A program made the position numbers and the translations under genes. From positions 56,151 through 120,150 of the forward strand of contig NZ_JJML01000026.1 of NCBI RefSeq assembly GCF_000775285.1: a DNA stretch of 64,000 nt, written 5' to 3'. Within the stretch, counting starts at the first letter, position 1, and every line of letters starts with the position of its first letter. Under the pieces are notes generated by a model that saw only the letters and a program-made list of their open reading frames with translations, made no database searches and had not been told where the DNA came from. Shown in pieces: positions 29,860 through 41,069 of this stretch. This DNA comes from Neosynechococcus sphagnicola sy1 (GTDB taxonomy: Bacteria > Cyanobacteriota > Cyanobacteriia > Neosynechococcales > Neosynechococcaceae).

Positions 29860-30651
29860 TTAAGCTTCTGTCTCCTCGTCATCATCCGGGATGAAAGCGT
29901 CTGCTTCTTCCTCGTCAAACTCTCCCTCAGCGCCCTCGTAATCTTCAAAGTCTTCGTCGGTCTCTAATTGACCGTGGCGACCTTCGTAGATAGCATCAGA
30001 GAGTTTACCCACTATTAGCTTAATCGAACGAATTGCGTCGTCGTTTGCCGGAATGGGAATATCGGCCAAATCCGGATCGCAGTTGGTATCCAACAAGGAC
30101 ACAATCGGAATCCCTAATTTCATGCATTCTTGCACCGCGTTATACTCACGCCGCTGATCGACAATCACCACGACATCGGGGAGGCGACGCATGGGCTTAA
30201 TACCACTCAGGTACTTTTGTAGCTTGGACAGTTCCCGCCGCAGCATGGAGGCTTCTTTCTTCGGTAAGAGATCCAACGCGCCGGTTTCTTCCCGCCGTTC
30301 CAGTTCCTTCAAGCGATCCACACGGGTTTTAATCGTTGCCCAGTTAGTGAGCATCCCCCCCAACCAGCGCTGGTTGACATAGTAAGCCCCACAGCGCAAG
30401 GCTTCTTGAGCAATTAACCCCGCAGCTTGGCGCTTGGTGCCAATGAATAAAAAGCGCTTGCCTTGCTCAGAGGCTGTCCGCATGTAGTTATAGGCATCAT
30501 CCATTAATTGGGCGGTCTGCACCAAATCGATGATGTGGACACCGTTGCGGGACGTATAAATGTAGGGAGACATCTTGGGGTTCCAGCGGCGAGTCTGGTG
30601 ACCAAAGTGAACCCCTGACTCCATCATTTGAGCCAACGAAAGTACGGGCAT
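29860..30651 (-). CDS. rpsB: 30S ribosomal protein S2
   Basis: [27 protein letters not shown]... Acidic C-terminal tail. Lies upstream of tsf, the conserved rpsB-tsf pair. Confidence 0.95.
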   Translation of the reverse strand: MPVLSLAQMMESGVHFGHQTRRWNPKMSPYIYTSRNGVHIIDLVQTAQLMDDAYNYMRTASEQGKRFLFIGTKRQAAGLIAQEALRCGAYYVNQRWLGGMLTNWATIKTRVDRLKELERREETGALDLLPKKEASMLRRELSKLQKYLSGIKPMRRLPDVVVIVDQRREYNAVQECMKLGIPIVSLLDTNCDPDLADIPIPANDDAIRSIKLIVGKLSDAIYEGRHGQLETDEDFEDYEGAEGEFDEEEADAFIPDDDEETEA

Positions 30652-31130
30652 ATTCAACTCCTGATTCGGGTTAATCCTCCACCCAGGCGTATTTTGAGGT
30701 AGTGATCACAGAATTTAAGGCAATGAATGCCCTTTAATGGTCTACAACCCACTCAAAACACCCGAAACCCTGGATGTGCGATTTTTTGACAACTTCTCTA
30801 GGCTACCACAATTGTGTATTGATGGATTTTTTTGTCCGTGTCCCAACAACGCACCTCAATGGGTTATTAGCCTAGATCAATCCTGATGCACTGCAGATTT
30901 GAACTGGCGATTCATACTTGGGTTAAGCAACGCCCATGTTCCGTCATCTTGGGGCAAGGACGTATCCTGATTTGCTCAAAGCGTTAGAAACCGCATTTCC
31001 AGAAGTGACGGTAGAGAACTTACTCGGTTGGTTTACTCACTGCTGTTACTGTGCTTCAGTAAATTGATAACCGCTATAAGTCTTAGCTATTGATGGGGTT
31101 CTTGGGTGATCAGGAGGGATACCGTTACCA

Positions 31131-31509
31131 ATGAAGATACTACGTCAATGGTGCCTGGTGGGTCTTTTAGAGTTGTTGCTGTCGCTGGTGTTGATTGCGA
31201 TCGCACCGAGTTTTTTTAAACTCAAATCAGCCCCTGATTGGATTTTTGATCTGGATGATGGTTCTGAGTCTCTTCCTTGGATCTGTGGTCTATGTGAGTT
31301 ACAAGCTTCGGAGTGCCCAACAGGCTCGGCGGATATTTATCACTCGATTCCCAGAATATACCTACCTCAGCTGGCAGCCGTTTTTGCACCTCTCCCCAAC
31401 TCAAGTTCGCCATCAATTGGACATACTAACGGCGGTTCAGAACGATCCAGATTGGCAAGCACTGCACCTCTCTCCCCTTGATTTCCTCCATGGAGCCCGA
31501 AAGCAATGA
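31131..31509 (+). CDS. hypothetical two-TM membrane protein (possible frameshift in a T7 run at 31211-31217)
   Basis: ORFs 31131..31481 and 31195..31509 overlap in different frames. Reading the T7 run as T6 fuses a first TM (LVGLLELLLSLVLIAIA) to a second TM plus soluble domain (LIGFLIWMMVLSLFLGSVVYV...RFPEYTYLSWQPF...). Alternatively, only the 31195 frame (TTG start) is real. Confidence 0.3.
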
Positions 31510-32495
31510 AATTGATCGCGACAACCCCACCGTCTTTCCCAGGAATTCCCAGCTCAACCCTCTCTACCTGCCCACGGCTGTTATTCCTCACCGGGATTTT
31601 AGGGATCAGCCTCAGTGCCTGTGGGGTTGTTCCCGGTACCAACATCAGGACTGTGGAACCGGGCTTTGCAGGGTTGAAAATTCAATTGTACGGCGGCGAT
31701 AAAGGCATTGAAAATGCCGAGGTGGTGACCGGACGGGTCTGGTACAACGGCTATACGGAAGAAGTGGTTGTCTTCCCCACATTTGTGAATACCTATCCCT
31801 TCACTCAAGCAGCCACAGAAGGTTCCCCCACGGATGAGGCAATTGTGTTTTCCGTCGGCGGTAGCCCGGTGTCTGCGGATGTGGGGATTTCCTTTGGATT
31901 TTCCACCGAGTTATTGCCGGGACAGACGAGAAAAACGAAATTACATCAGTTTTATGAAACCTATCGCAAAACCCCCGATCAATTCCGTGCCAATGAATTA
32001 CGCAATGGTCTACGAAACTGCTTTTCTAGTGTTGCCGAAAATCTCAAACTCACCCCTTCGATGCTCTCGACCAACCAACAACGGTTGGTGAATGGCGTGA
32101 TCGATTGTACGCAAAAGCGATTTCCCAATGTGGTGGTTCAAGATATTTCTCTCTTGGGGCCACTCCGATTGCCACCGGATATCCAGAAGAGTATTAATGA
32201 GCAATTTGCAGCTCAACAAGCAGCACAAACCTCGGAGTCGAATCGCCGCAAAGTTGAAGCGGAAGCTGCTGCCAATGTGGCCCGTGCCAAGGGAGAAGCT
32301 CAAGTGACGATTGAGCAAGCCCGTGCCGAAGCTGAATCCAATCGTCTCCGAGCCAACTCAATTACACCGCAATTATTGGAGTGGGAGCGGCTGCGGGTGG
32401 AGCGAGCGCGGGTGGACAAATGGGATGGTCAGCAGGCTCCGGTGATCCAGAGTCCCAATGTGCAATTGGGGGGGAACGCTAAACGAAATCCCTAG
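31506..32495 (+). CDS. SPFH/band-7 (prohibitin/HflC-like) family lipoprotein
   Basis: 329 aa. Signal peptide plus lipobox (LSACG). SPFH core. C-terminal Ala/Glu-rich coiled coil (EAEAAANVARAKGEAQVTIEQARAEAE). Confidence 0.6.
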   Translation: MKLIATTPPSFPGIPSSTLSTCPRLLFLTGILGISLSACGVVPGTNIRTVEPGFAGLKIQLYGGDKGIENAEVVTGRVWYNGYTEEVVVFPTFVNTYPFTQAATEGSPTDEAIVFSVGGSPVSADVGISFGFSTELLPGQTRKTKLHQFYETYRKTPDQFRANELRNGLRNCFSSVAENLKLTPSMLSTNQQRLVNGVIDCTQKRFPNVVVQDISLLGPLRLPPDIQKSINEQFAAQQAAQTSESNRRKVEAEAAANVARAKGEAQVTIEQARAEAESNRLRANSITPQLLEWERLRVERARVDKWDGQQAPVIQSPNVQLGGNAKRNP

Positions 32496-32543
32496 CATGC
32501 TGATGCTAGGGAATGTTCGTGAACTACTTACTGAATCACTGAT

Positions 32544-33213
32544 CTATGAATCGCTGACAGGAACGGTGCCTGTGGTGCGGCGATCGCGGAGATAGGCAAA
32601 GACACTTTTGTCCCCGATATCTGCGGGAATATCTTGGAAGGCTTTGCGCAGGGCAAAGATCACAAACAACCCCGCCCACAACCCCAGCAGCTTCTGTTCA
32701 ACACCCAGAGACAGCAACCCACTCCAGTGCCCCAAGAGCAACAATGGAATCATTGGGGTAAGAAATTTGGTTTCTAGGCGATTAAAGCAAACGGCTTCTT
32801 TGAAGAAAATCCCCGTTAAGGCCGCAAAGGTAAAGCCAACCCCCAGCAGGGTCAATGGTTGATGATAGATTGTCAGCACCAGGGGTGTCGGACTTAGAAG
32901 GGCGATCGCCCCAGCGGCTACGACTCCGATCACCCAAAACAGTTGCAGCAGGCGATGCAGGAACGCCATGTAAATGTGGATCGTGAGCAGGCTGACCCCC
33001 AAAGCCAGACAAAAAATACCGTAGAGTCCGGTAAGGGCTGACAACACCCCGGGATTCTGACTTTGCCACAGGGCTAAACCTGTTCCCAGGGCAAAGCTGA
33101 GAGCGGCAATTCCCAAACTGATGCGATAGATCACGACCCCACGGCGATCGCCCTGGGTAATGGTATATTCACCAAACTGTCCTTGGTAAAGAGTTGGTGC
33201 AGTGGATTGAGTC
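32544..33213 (-). CDS. integral membrane protein (about 6 TM), conserved hypothetical
   Basis: ORF 32544..33263. Probable start at MTQSTAPTLYQGQFGEYTI. Multiple hydrophobic helices. Confidence 0.5.
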
Positions 33214-33358
33214 ATGGCTGGGTACCAGTTTTTAGCGTTAAGTTCACAAACTACGAGAGGCACTGGCTCAAGTCTATCGAGGGACGCGATCGCACTACAA
33301 TGCAGAAGTCAACCACCCCCTCCGTTAATTGTTCCTCGTCCATGGGTGTCAAGCCTCA

Positions 33359-34346
33359 ATGAAGCTCACTGCACCACACGTCAGCATTGTCATCCCTGTC
33401 TACAACTGCGAACGATACATCCATCAGGCATTGACCAGTATTCTCAGCCAATCCTATCCCTCCTACGAGGTGATTGTGGTAGATGATGGTTCCACCGATC
33501 AGACGCGGCAGCAGCTCCAGTTATTTTGGCCGTTGATTTGCTATGAGTACCAGCCAAATCAGGGGGTTTCCAGTGCTCGGAATCGAGGCATCAACTTAGC
33601 GAAAGGCGAATTAGTTGCCTTTCTAGATGCGGACGACGTTTTTTTTGCCCAATAAGTTAGCCGCTCAGGTTGCCGTGTTCGATGCCCAGCCGGAGCTAGG
33701 CATTGTCCATAGTGGCTGGCGGCGAGTTACCCAGGACGGCGACCCCTTAACAGACGTGGAACCCTGGCACCATACGCCGCGCCTGAACCTGGAAAATTGG
33801 CTGCGCTGGAAGCCAATTTTACCCAGTGCCATGATGTTCCGTCGCAGTTGGCTAGAGCGAGCCGGAGGCTTTGATCCGCAGTTACACCAGGCAGAAGATA
33901 CTGATTTAGTGCTGCGGTTGGCTTACTTGGGCTGCAAAGCCGATTGGTTACGGCAGATTACGGTTTGCTATCGTCAACATGGACAAAGTGCCTTTAACCA
34001 GAGTTTGGCTCAGGCTAGATCCTTGGAAATCGTCATTGATCGAGTCTTTGCTCAACCAGAACTACCCGTCCCAGTGCGAATGATGGAAAACCATATCCGG
34101 TACAACACCTTTGTCTGGATTGCCTGGTTGCTCTATCACACGGGTAGCCCCAAGATCATGGTGCAGTACTTACAACGGTCTTGGCCCTACACACCCTACT
34201 CCACTGTTGAGACCATCGTCAACTGGTTGGAAAGTTTTAGCCAGTTTACGAGGGGCGTTGGCGGCAGCCTAGACGCAGATGCCCTAGGGCAGTCACCCGA
34301 GTGGCAACAGTTGATGCACTGGGTGCTAGACAGCCCTAAGTGCTAG
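33359..34346 (+). CDS. family 2 glycosyltransferase; split by a 1-nt insertion in a T8 run (33639-33646)
   Basis: VSIVIPVYNCERYIHQALTSILSQSYPSYEVIVVDDGSTDQT...LVAFLDADDVF| then (L)PNKLAAQVAVFDAQPELGIVHSG.. in the next frame. Reading the run as T7 gives a contiguous GT2 with DxD. Confidence 0.8.
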
Positions 34347-35079
34347 AGACGAGGGTAGACATCTCAGTTAGGATTTTCTGCATCTGCTTTTGCAGCCATT
34401 CTTCGTACAATTCCTCCATTAAGCTGTTTCGAGTTGCCTCATCCAATTGAGCGCTCAGAAGTTTTTCCAGGCGAATAATTACAATCCACTCGTCTAGGGG
34501 AAAGGGTGCCCACAGTTGCCCCGGTTGACTCATGCCAAGAATACGGGCAACCGTAGGATGAGGGCTACTCAGGGGAATGGGACCAATTACTCCCCCTCGC
34601 TGAGCCTCTGGCCCCTGGGAGTATTGGGTTGCCAGGTCACTAAAGGTCTGCTCTCCCTCCTGTAAGCGGAAATATAACTCTTGGGCAAGGCTGATGTCTT
34701 TGGTACGAATTAGGGAATACATCACCCGATCCAGGGCTGGCTTCCGTTTCATAAAGTAGGACTCGACCTTCGACCCAAAGGTGGACTGCTTGAATTGCCC
34801 AATCAAAAATTGGCGCACTGCTGCGTCACGCAGATGCTCGGAGGTCATGCCTTGCTGTTGTAGCCATGCCGCTTGGGCTTCGGGAGTCAAGAGTTGATGC
34901 TGCTGACAGAAAGCTTCGAGGGCGAGCTGGGGATCTACTTCAGTCTTGGTGAACGGTGCGATCGCGGCATCTAGAACTAAATGACGCACGAATTGGGGCA
35001 TTAATTGATATCGGCATAAACGATTCGGCAATTCATGGAGGGGAATCACTGTCTCGCCAACTTGGAATCGCTTCACCAT
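34336..35079 (-). CDS. PpiC-type (parvulin) peptidyl-prolyl cis-trans isomerase domain protein
   Basis: ORF 34336..35259. Probable start at MVKRFQVGETV. The C-terminal half has a rotamase-like block (RVMYSLIRTKDISLAQELYFRLQEGEQTFSDLATQYSQGPEAQRGGVIGPIPL). Confidence 0.55.
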   Translation of the reverse strand: MVKRFQVGETVIPLHELPNRLCRYQLMPQFVRHLVLDAAIAPFTKTEVDPQLALEAFCQQHQLLTPEAQAAWLQQQGMTSEHLRDAAVRQFLIGQFKQSTFGSKVESYFMKRKPALDRVMYSLIRTKDISLAQELYFRLQEGEQTFSDLATQYSQGPEAQRGGVIGPIPLSSPHPTVARILGMSQPGQLWAPFPLDEWIVIIRLEKLLSAQLDEATRNSLMEELYEEWLQKQMQKILTEMSTLVSST

Positions 35080-35496
35080 ATGATCTCTGTCCAAATTGCT
35101 TCCTAATTGCAAAAAAGATAATTCGCTGGTATCGGGGTAGTCTCGCCCCCTCAACGAAGCACGATCGGGTTGCGCTGGGCAACGCCATGATTCAGGCACC
35201 TCGGTCTCCATTCCCCTGGATAAACCCAATCCTGCCCCCATGGGAGGAATAGGGGACAAAAACTACCTGGATAATTTAGGTATAGCATCTAGCATTGGCC
35301 GTTGACCCCTTAGGTCGCGTCATACATCATAGTATTGATACAAGGGTTTGAGGATATTTTTAGGTTTAGTCTGTATCTATATTTAAGCTTCAGGGACTGG
35401 GGAGTTAACAGACCGTTCCAGTTTCTTAGCTCATTAGTTTATCTGTGCAATTCAGGATCGATGATGCTGATCCGGTGAACGAGCTGACTTCAATCT

Positions 35497-38463
35497 ATGG
35501 AAACTTCAAGCATGGCCTCGACGGTGAATCCAACTGTGAATCCAGAATTAGTGGCTCGTTATTTCACAGAGCAAGCGGCAGCCTTCTTGTCTCAGGGCAA
35601 GCATTTAGAGGCGATCGCGGCCTGCGAAAATGCCCTGAGCACCGATGCCAATTCAGCATTGGCCAGCAAACTACTGGGTAACGCCCTCCAGAGTCAAGGC
35701 CGCATTCCAGAAGCCATGCAAGCCTATCAACGGGCTGTGACCCTGGCACCGGAAATGGCAGAGGTTCACGCCAATTTAGGGAGCCTGTACGCTCAACAAC
35801 ACCAATGGCAGCAAGCAGTGGCCTGTTTCCAGCAGGCAATTACTTTGAAGCCCGATTTTGCCGGAGCCTATCGTAACCTGGCAAAGGTTTGGACCCAGAT
35901 TAATGAACCCACCGCTGCCGCCAACTGTTGGTTCCATGCCCTCACCCTGGAACCCGACACGGTTAAACCCGCCGAACATGTCAACCTGGGGAATACCCTG
36001 TTGCAGCAAGGCCAACTCCCCCAGGCCATTCGCTGTTATCGTCAGGCCATCCAATTAGATCCCAATTTTGCAGGTGCCTACCAGAACCTCGCGGAGGCCC
36101 TGCGCCAGCAAGGAGCCTTAGACGAAGCGGTGGTCTATTACCGCAAGGCCATTGAACTCAATGCCACGGGACAGGGAATCCCCCATACCGTAATCACCAG
36201 CCAACCGAACCCGACCGTTAGCCCGGTCAAAAACGGCTACCATCCCAATACTGAAGCCATTGAAGCCCATCTACAAGAGGCTCAGACTTATTATCAGCAA
36301 CGGCAGTGGCCCCAGGCGATCGCCGCCTGTCAACGGGTACTCCAGATCAAACCCGATGCAGCCCTCGCCTATAAAATTCTTGGGAATTCCCTGCAAGTTC
36401 AAGGGCAGACAGAGCAGGCGATGCAATGTTATCAGCAGGCGATCGCCCTCGACCCCAGCATGGCAGAGGTATTTGCCAATCTGGGGAGTCTGTATGCCCA
36501 GAAACAACAGTGGCAACCTTCGATTGCCCACTACCAGCAGGCACTGGCGCTCAAACCAGACTTTGCGGGGGCCTACCGCAACTTAGCAAAGGTCTGGACA
36601 CAGGCAGGTAACCCTGCTGAGGCGGCTGAGTGTTGGTATCAAGCCTTCCAGCTAGAACCTGATCAGAGTAGCCCTGAATCCCTGGTAAACCTGGGCAATT
36701 CTCTCCTCACTCACGGAAAGCTAGAGTCCGCGATTCACTGTTATCAAGGTGCCTTGAAGTTAAACCCTCATTTTGCGGGGGCTTACCAGAATTTGGCCGA
36801 AGCCCTGGGACGACAAGGGAAATCCCAGGAAGCAACGACCTATTATCGACGGGCCATTGAGCTGATGACGGCGGGGGGAAACACGCCTTCCCAGCAGCTG
36901 GAGAGTCTGCCCCCTCCCACTCCCCTGCCGACCCAGGAGAGGTTACCTAGCCCCATTCCCCTGCCTATCCGCAATGGGGTCGTCCCCCCATCCATCGCCC
37001 CCAAGCCTGAAGATTCAAAGCCTGAAGATCCAGGCATCTACCTTCAACAAGCGAAAACCTATTATCAGCAGCAGGCATGGAGTCAGGCGATCGCCGCCTG
37101 TGAACGAGCTTTGCAACTGAAACCTGATCTTGCTGTGGCTGGCAAGATGATGGGCAATTCTCTGGAAGCCCTGGGACGGATTCCGGAAGCGATTCGCATC
37201 TATGAACGCGTGGCGCAAATTGAACCCAACCTTGCGGAAGTCCAGGCTAAACTAGGTCGCCTCTATACACGGGAACAACAGTGGCAGTCGGCGATCGCCT
37301 GTTACCAGCAAGCGATCGCCCTCAAACCCAGCTTTGCGGAGGCCCACCGAGATCTCGCCACCCTCTGGCAACAAGTGGGGCAGGCCGATGAGGCTAGTGC
37401 TGCTTTGTACCAAGCCTTCACCCTCAATCCAAAACTAGCGACGACGGAGGATCTCCTGACGCTAGGCAATACCCTAGTGGAACAGGGGAAGGTGGCAGAA
37501 TCCCTCGCCTGTTATCGGCAAGCTGTCCAAATGGGTTCTGGCTCCTATGCGGCCTATCACAACCTCGGTGAGTTGCTCAGTAGTCAGGGACAGTGGCAAG
37601 AAGCCATTAGCTTTTATCAACAAGCCCTCCAGCAGCATCCTCAGCATCCTGACTCTCTCTACAGTCTGGGTAAAGCCCTAGCAGCCCAGGGTGACGGCGC
37701 AGCAGCCATTTCAGCCTATCGGCAGGCCATTGCGGCGAAGGCCGACTTTACCGATGCCTATATCAGCCTTGTCAATTTGCTAGAGCAGCAACAAGACTGG
37801 GCAGCCGTTATCCCCTGCTACCAGAAACTCGCAGCACTCCAACCCAACTTCTGGGAAGCCCACCACAAACTGGGGGATGCCCTGCAAAAAGAACAGCGCT
37901 GGTCAGAAGCGGCAACGGCCTATCAACAGGCGATTGAACTGAATGAAAACTTTAGCTGGTCTTACAACAATCTTGGAGAAGTGCTGATCAAAGCCGACCG
38001 CTGGCAGGACGCTATTGCTCCCCTGCGACGGGCGATCGCGCTCAAACCCGACTTCCACTGGTCTTACTACAGCTTGGCTGAAGCCTTGTTTCACGAACAG
38101 GAATGGGGGGAGGCGATCGCTTGTTACCGCCATGCCCGACAATTGGCTGCGGACATTCCCTATCTGCACCAAAAGCTCGGCGATGCGCTATTTAAGCGAG
38201 CCCAAGGCGATTTGCGAGAAGCGCTGAATTGCTTCAATCAGGCAATCTTGGAAAATCCAGATGACTTGCAAAACTATCATAAAGCGCTGGAAATTAAACC
38301 CGATGATACGGAACTATACCTGAAATTGGGGAATGTGCTGTTCCGCCATCATCAGTTGGATGGTGCCATTGTTTTTTACCAAATGGCGCTGCAACTGGAA
38401 CCCGATAATAGCAGTATCACCTACCTACTGAACCAAGTGTTGTTCAAAAAGAACCATGGCTAG
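35497..38463 (+). CDS. large tetratricopeptide-repeat (TPR) protein, 988 aa, with an internally triplicated ~200-aa super-repeat
   Basis: More than 25 TPR units. Three near-duplicate blocks (..NLGSLYAQ.QQWQ.....YQQAI.LKPDFAGAYRNLAKVWTQ...). Pro-rich linkers lie between the blocks. Confidence 0.85.
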   Translation: METSSMASTVNPTVNPELVARYFTEQAAAFLSQGKHLEAIAACENALSTDANSALASKLLGNALQSQGRIPEAMQAYQRAVTLAPEMAEVHANLGSLYAQQHQWQQAVACFQQAITLKPDFAGAYRNLAKVWTQINEPTAAANCWFHALTLEPDTVKPAEHVNLGNTLLQQGQLPQAIRCYRQAIQLDPNFAGAYQNLAEALRQQGALDEAVVYYRKAIELNATGQGIPHTVITSQPNPTVSPVKNGYHPNTEAIEAHLQEAQTYYQQRQWPQAIAACQRVLQIKPDAALAYKILGNSLQVQGQTEQAMQCYQQAIALDPSMAEVFANLGSLYAQKQQWQPSIAHYQQALALKPDFAGAYRNLAKVWTQAGNPAEAAECWYQAFQLEPDQSSPESLVNLGNSLLTHGKLESAIHCYQGALKLNPHFAGAYQNLAEALGRQGKSQEATTYYRRAIELMTAGGNTPSQQLESLPPPTPLPTQERLPSPIPLPIRNGVVPPSIAPKPEDSKPEDPGIYLQQAKTYYQQQAWSQAIAACERALQLKPDLAVAGKMMGNSLEALGRIPEAIRIYERVAQIEPNLAEVQAKLGRLYTREQQWQSAIACYQQAIALKPSFAEAHRDLATLWQQVGQADEASAALYQAFTLNPKLATTEDLLTLGNTLVEQGKVAESLACYRQAVQMGSGSYAAYHNLGELLSSQGQWQEAISFYQQALQQHPQHPDSLYSLGKALAAQGDGAAAISAYRQAIAAKADFTDAYISLVNLLEQQQDWAAVIPCYQKLAALQPNFWEAHHKLGDALQKEQRWSEAATAYQQAIELNENFSWSYNNLGEVLIKADRWQDAIAPLRRAIALKPDFHWSYYSLAEALFHEQEWGEAIACYRHARQLAADIPYLHQKLGDALFKRAQGDLREALNCFNQAILENPDDLQNYHKALEIKPDDTELYLKLGNVLFRHHQLDGAIVFYQMALQLEPDNSSITYLLNQVLFKKNHG

Positions 38464-38600
38464 CTGAATGAGCCTAGCTCAAGATTCTAGGCATTTGCAT
38501 TCCCTAGGGGATGGACTGCACGCTTGAATAGGCGACCGCCATTCCACGGGAGATAGCGGGAAACACGCTATAGTGACGGGAGAGTTTTACAGTAGTCGCG

Positions 38601-39183
38601 TTGTGCTCTATGGCATTAGAAGACAAGGATTCGGGTACCGCTTCTCCGTTTAGTTTGGGGAATTTTCTCCGGGAGAATGTGCCGATCCTGGTTCTTGCCC
38701 TATTCTTGGCTGTTTTGATTCGCGCCTTGGTAGCTGAGCCGCGGTTTATTCCCTCGGATTCCATGCTACCCACCCTGCAAGTAGGCGATCGCCTGATTGT
38801 TGAAAAGCTATCCTATCGATTTCGCCCCCCTGCCAAGGGGGACATTGTTGTGTTTGAGCCGACCCCCCCAGCTGCAAGTTTTGGGGTTTCATGCCGATGA
38901 TGCCTTTATTAAGCGCGTGATTGCAGCCTCGGGCCAGACAGTGGCGATCGCCCAGGGGAGGGTCTATCTGAATCAGCAACCCCTCCAGGAAGCTTACATT
39001 GCCGCAGCTCCAGAGTATCGATGGGGGCCGCAGCAGGTACCCGACCAGACTTATTTTGTCATGGGGGATAATCGCAACAATAGCAATGACTCCCACATAT
39101 GGGGATTTCTCCCACAGCAGAACATTATTGGTCGTGCCTGCTTTCGCTTCTGGCCCCTGAATCGGTTTGGCCCCGTCGGTTAG
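38601..39183 (+). CDS. lepB: signal peptidase I; split by a 1-nt insertion in a C7 run (38863-38869)
   Basis: ..[39 protein letters not shown]| then [28 protein letters not shown]...[21 protein letters not shown] in the +1 frame. SPase I boxes B-E are all present. Reading the run as C6 joins the two parts. Confidence 0.85.
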
Positions 39184-39190
39184 GTTGGCC

Positions 39191-39703
39191 TCAAAACCGC
39201 AGGTAGTGCATTAACTCTGTCACCAAGGTCGCGGGCAGGGAGAGCCGTTGTTGTAAATCAGCTAGATTGCGATAAAGACCCGTTTGCTGCCGTTGTTCGA
39301 CGAGGGCTTTTGCCAGCCCTGCATCCATCCCCGGAATTGCCAGTACGTGCTCAAGGGCAGCGGTGTTGACATTCACTGTGGTCACAGTAAAGATACTGTC
39401 GGCATCATAAAAATGAAAGCTTAAAACGGGTTCTAAAGGCTTCAGCCGCTGCACAGGTAGGCTCAAAGCAGCCGCCAGATCTTCTAAGCAGTGGAACTGA
39501 ACCCCTGATTGACTCAGATTGACTAGCATTCGGGCTTGATGAATCGAGAGACCGGGTAATCGCAACCAGTCATCCACACAGGCTTGATTGGCATCAATTT
39601 TGACCCCTAGGGAGGCGGCAATCTGAATTTCCTGGAGCGATCGCAGCCGATAATAGGGATCATTGAGAATGCGCGATCGCAGGGAGGCAGGGAAGGGGTT
39701 CAA
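39191..39703 (-). CDS. ComEA-like protein with tandem helix-hairpin-helix motifs
   Basis: 170 aa. Two HhH units (IDANQACVDDWLRLPGLSIHQARMLV; VNVNTAALEHVLAIPGMDAGLAKALVEQR). Confidence 0.5.
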   Translation of the reverse strand: MNPFPASLRSRILNDPYYRLRSLQEIQIAASLGVKIDANQACVDDWLRLPGLSIHQARMLVNLSQSGVQFHCLEDLAAALSLPVQRLKPLEPVLSFHFYDADSIFTVTTVNVNTAALEHVLAIPGMDAGLAKALVEQRQQTGLYRNLADLQQRLSLPATLVTELMHYLRF

Positions 39704-39832
39704 AGCTTCAGCAGCGGGGAACAGTTTTTGGATACTCTATCATGGTGACGCATCCTCCCGAAGATCTGCGGGACTTCAACTTTGCAAGGGGGGGATTTAT
39801 GTCCCTTCTAATCATCAAATCGATCTATAGAC

Positions 39833-40621
39833 ATGAGCATATTGACAAGAATTCAATACAAATTGCGCCAGTCTGGCGTGCGGGGTCTTGTCGCGAGTGG
39901 GTTGCGCTATCTGGCAAATCGCATTGACCCTAAGCTGGGACACAACAACGCAGGGAAACAACAAACCAATGAATTTCTTACATGGGTTCGCTTCGCAGTC
40001 CCAGGGATGTTGGGGCAGGGCAATGTAGACGCAATGGAGTATGCGGTGGCGAACATGCCACCGGGGAAGCCAGTATTGGAAATCGGTTCATTTTGTGGCC
40101 TATCGACTGTCGTCTTGTCTTCCTTGCTTGACAAGCACTCGAAGAATAATCCGATTTTTACTTGCGATAAATGGGAATTTGAAGGCCAACAACTTGGAGC
40201 GCCTCTCGGAGACTCACCATCCGTTACTCATGATGCTTATCAAGCATATGTGAAAAGTACATTTATTCGCAGCATGCAGACCTTCACTGCCAACAGACTA
40301 CCCTATACTATCGAGTGTTTGTCTGACGAATTCTTTCTCGGCTGGTTTAATCACCAGAAGGTTGTTGATGTATTTGATCGCCCAGTAACGCTTGGGGGTG
40401 AGATTAGTTTTTGTTACATTGATGGGAATCATACGTACGAGTTTGCAAAACGAGATTTTGAGAATACTGATAAGGCGCTGGTTTCCGGCGGATTCATTCT
40501 TTTCGATGACTCTGCTGACTTTAGTCACTGGGAAGTCAATCAATTAACTCGGGAAATTGCCTCAGGGCATCAATATAAATTGGTTTCAAGAAATCCAAAT
40601 TACCTTTTCCGAAAGCTGTGA
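39833..40621 (+). CDS. class I SAM-dependent methyltransferase (Methyltransf_24/TylF-like family)
   Basis: 262 aa. SAM motif I (VLEIGSFCGLST). Acidic loop (ILFDDSADF). Low-GC gene. Confidence 0.6.
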   Translation: MSILTRIQYKLRQSGVRGLVASGLRYLANRIDPKLGHNNAGKQQTNEFLTWVRFAVPGMLGQGNVDAMEYAVANMPPGKPVLEIGSFCGLSTVVLSSLLDKHSKNNPIFTCDKWEFEGQQLGAPLGDSPSVTHDAYQAYVKSTFIRSMQTFTANRLPYTIECLSDEFFLGWFNHQKVVDVFDRPVTLGGEISFCYIDGNHTYEFAKRDFENTDKALVSGGFILFDDSADFSHWEVNQLTREIASGHQYKLVSRNPNYLFRKL

Positions 40622-40661
40622 AACAGAACGGAAGATAACAAGCCACAGATGCGCGTGATCT

Positions 40662-41069
40662 TTAGACAATTTGATCGAGTAATTGTCGCCGTTTTTGCTC
40701 AAACTCGTACTCAGAAATCAGCCCATCCTCCCGCAGTTGATCCAGTTGACGCATCGCTCCCGCTACATCTTCAACCCGTTGGGCGATGGCGGTAGGGGGT
40801 GGCGAGATCGAGGCGGCAGGATACTGGGATAGGATCGGGACAACGCCGCCATTAAAATTGGCATCAAACTGTGTTGGGTCTTGGGTGAGGTACCAAACCC
40901 CTTCGATGGCACTGGCTACATGGGGAATTGGCGTCCAAGACAGCAGCAGGTACACCACGCCCCAACCAAATTGCCCCAGATACAGCTTGTGGAGCCCAGC
41001 AACGGGAATCACGGTGCCGATGAAGGCCAGAAGGATAGCAATCATCCGACTTTTGGGCTTACTCAACAT
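40662..41069 (-). CDS. TM2 domain plus C-terminal SHOCT domain membrane protein
   Basis: ORF 40662..41090. TM2-like N-terminus (KSRMIAILLAFIGTVIPVAGLHKLYLGQFGWGVVYLL). C-terminal SHOCT motif (LREDGLISEYEFEQKRRQLLDQI). Confidence 0.55.
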   Translation of the reverse strand: MLSKPKSRMIAILLAFIGTVIPVAGLHKLYLGQFGWGVVYLLLSWTPIPHVASAIEGVWYLTQDPTQFDANFNGGVVPILSQYPAASISPPPTAIAQRVEDVAGAMRQLDQLREDGLISEYEFEQKRRQLLDQIV

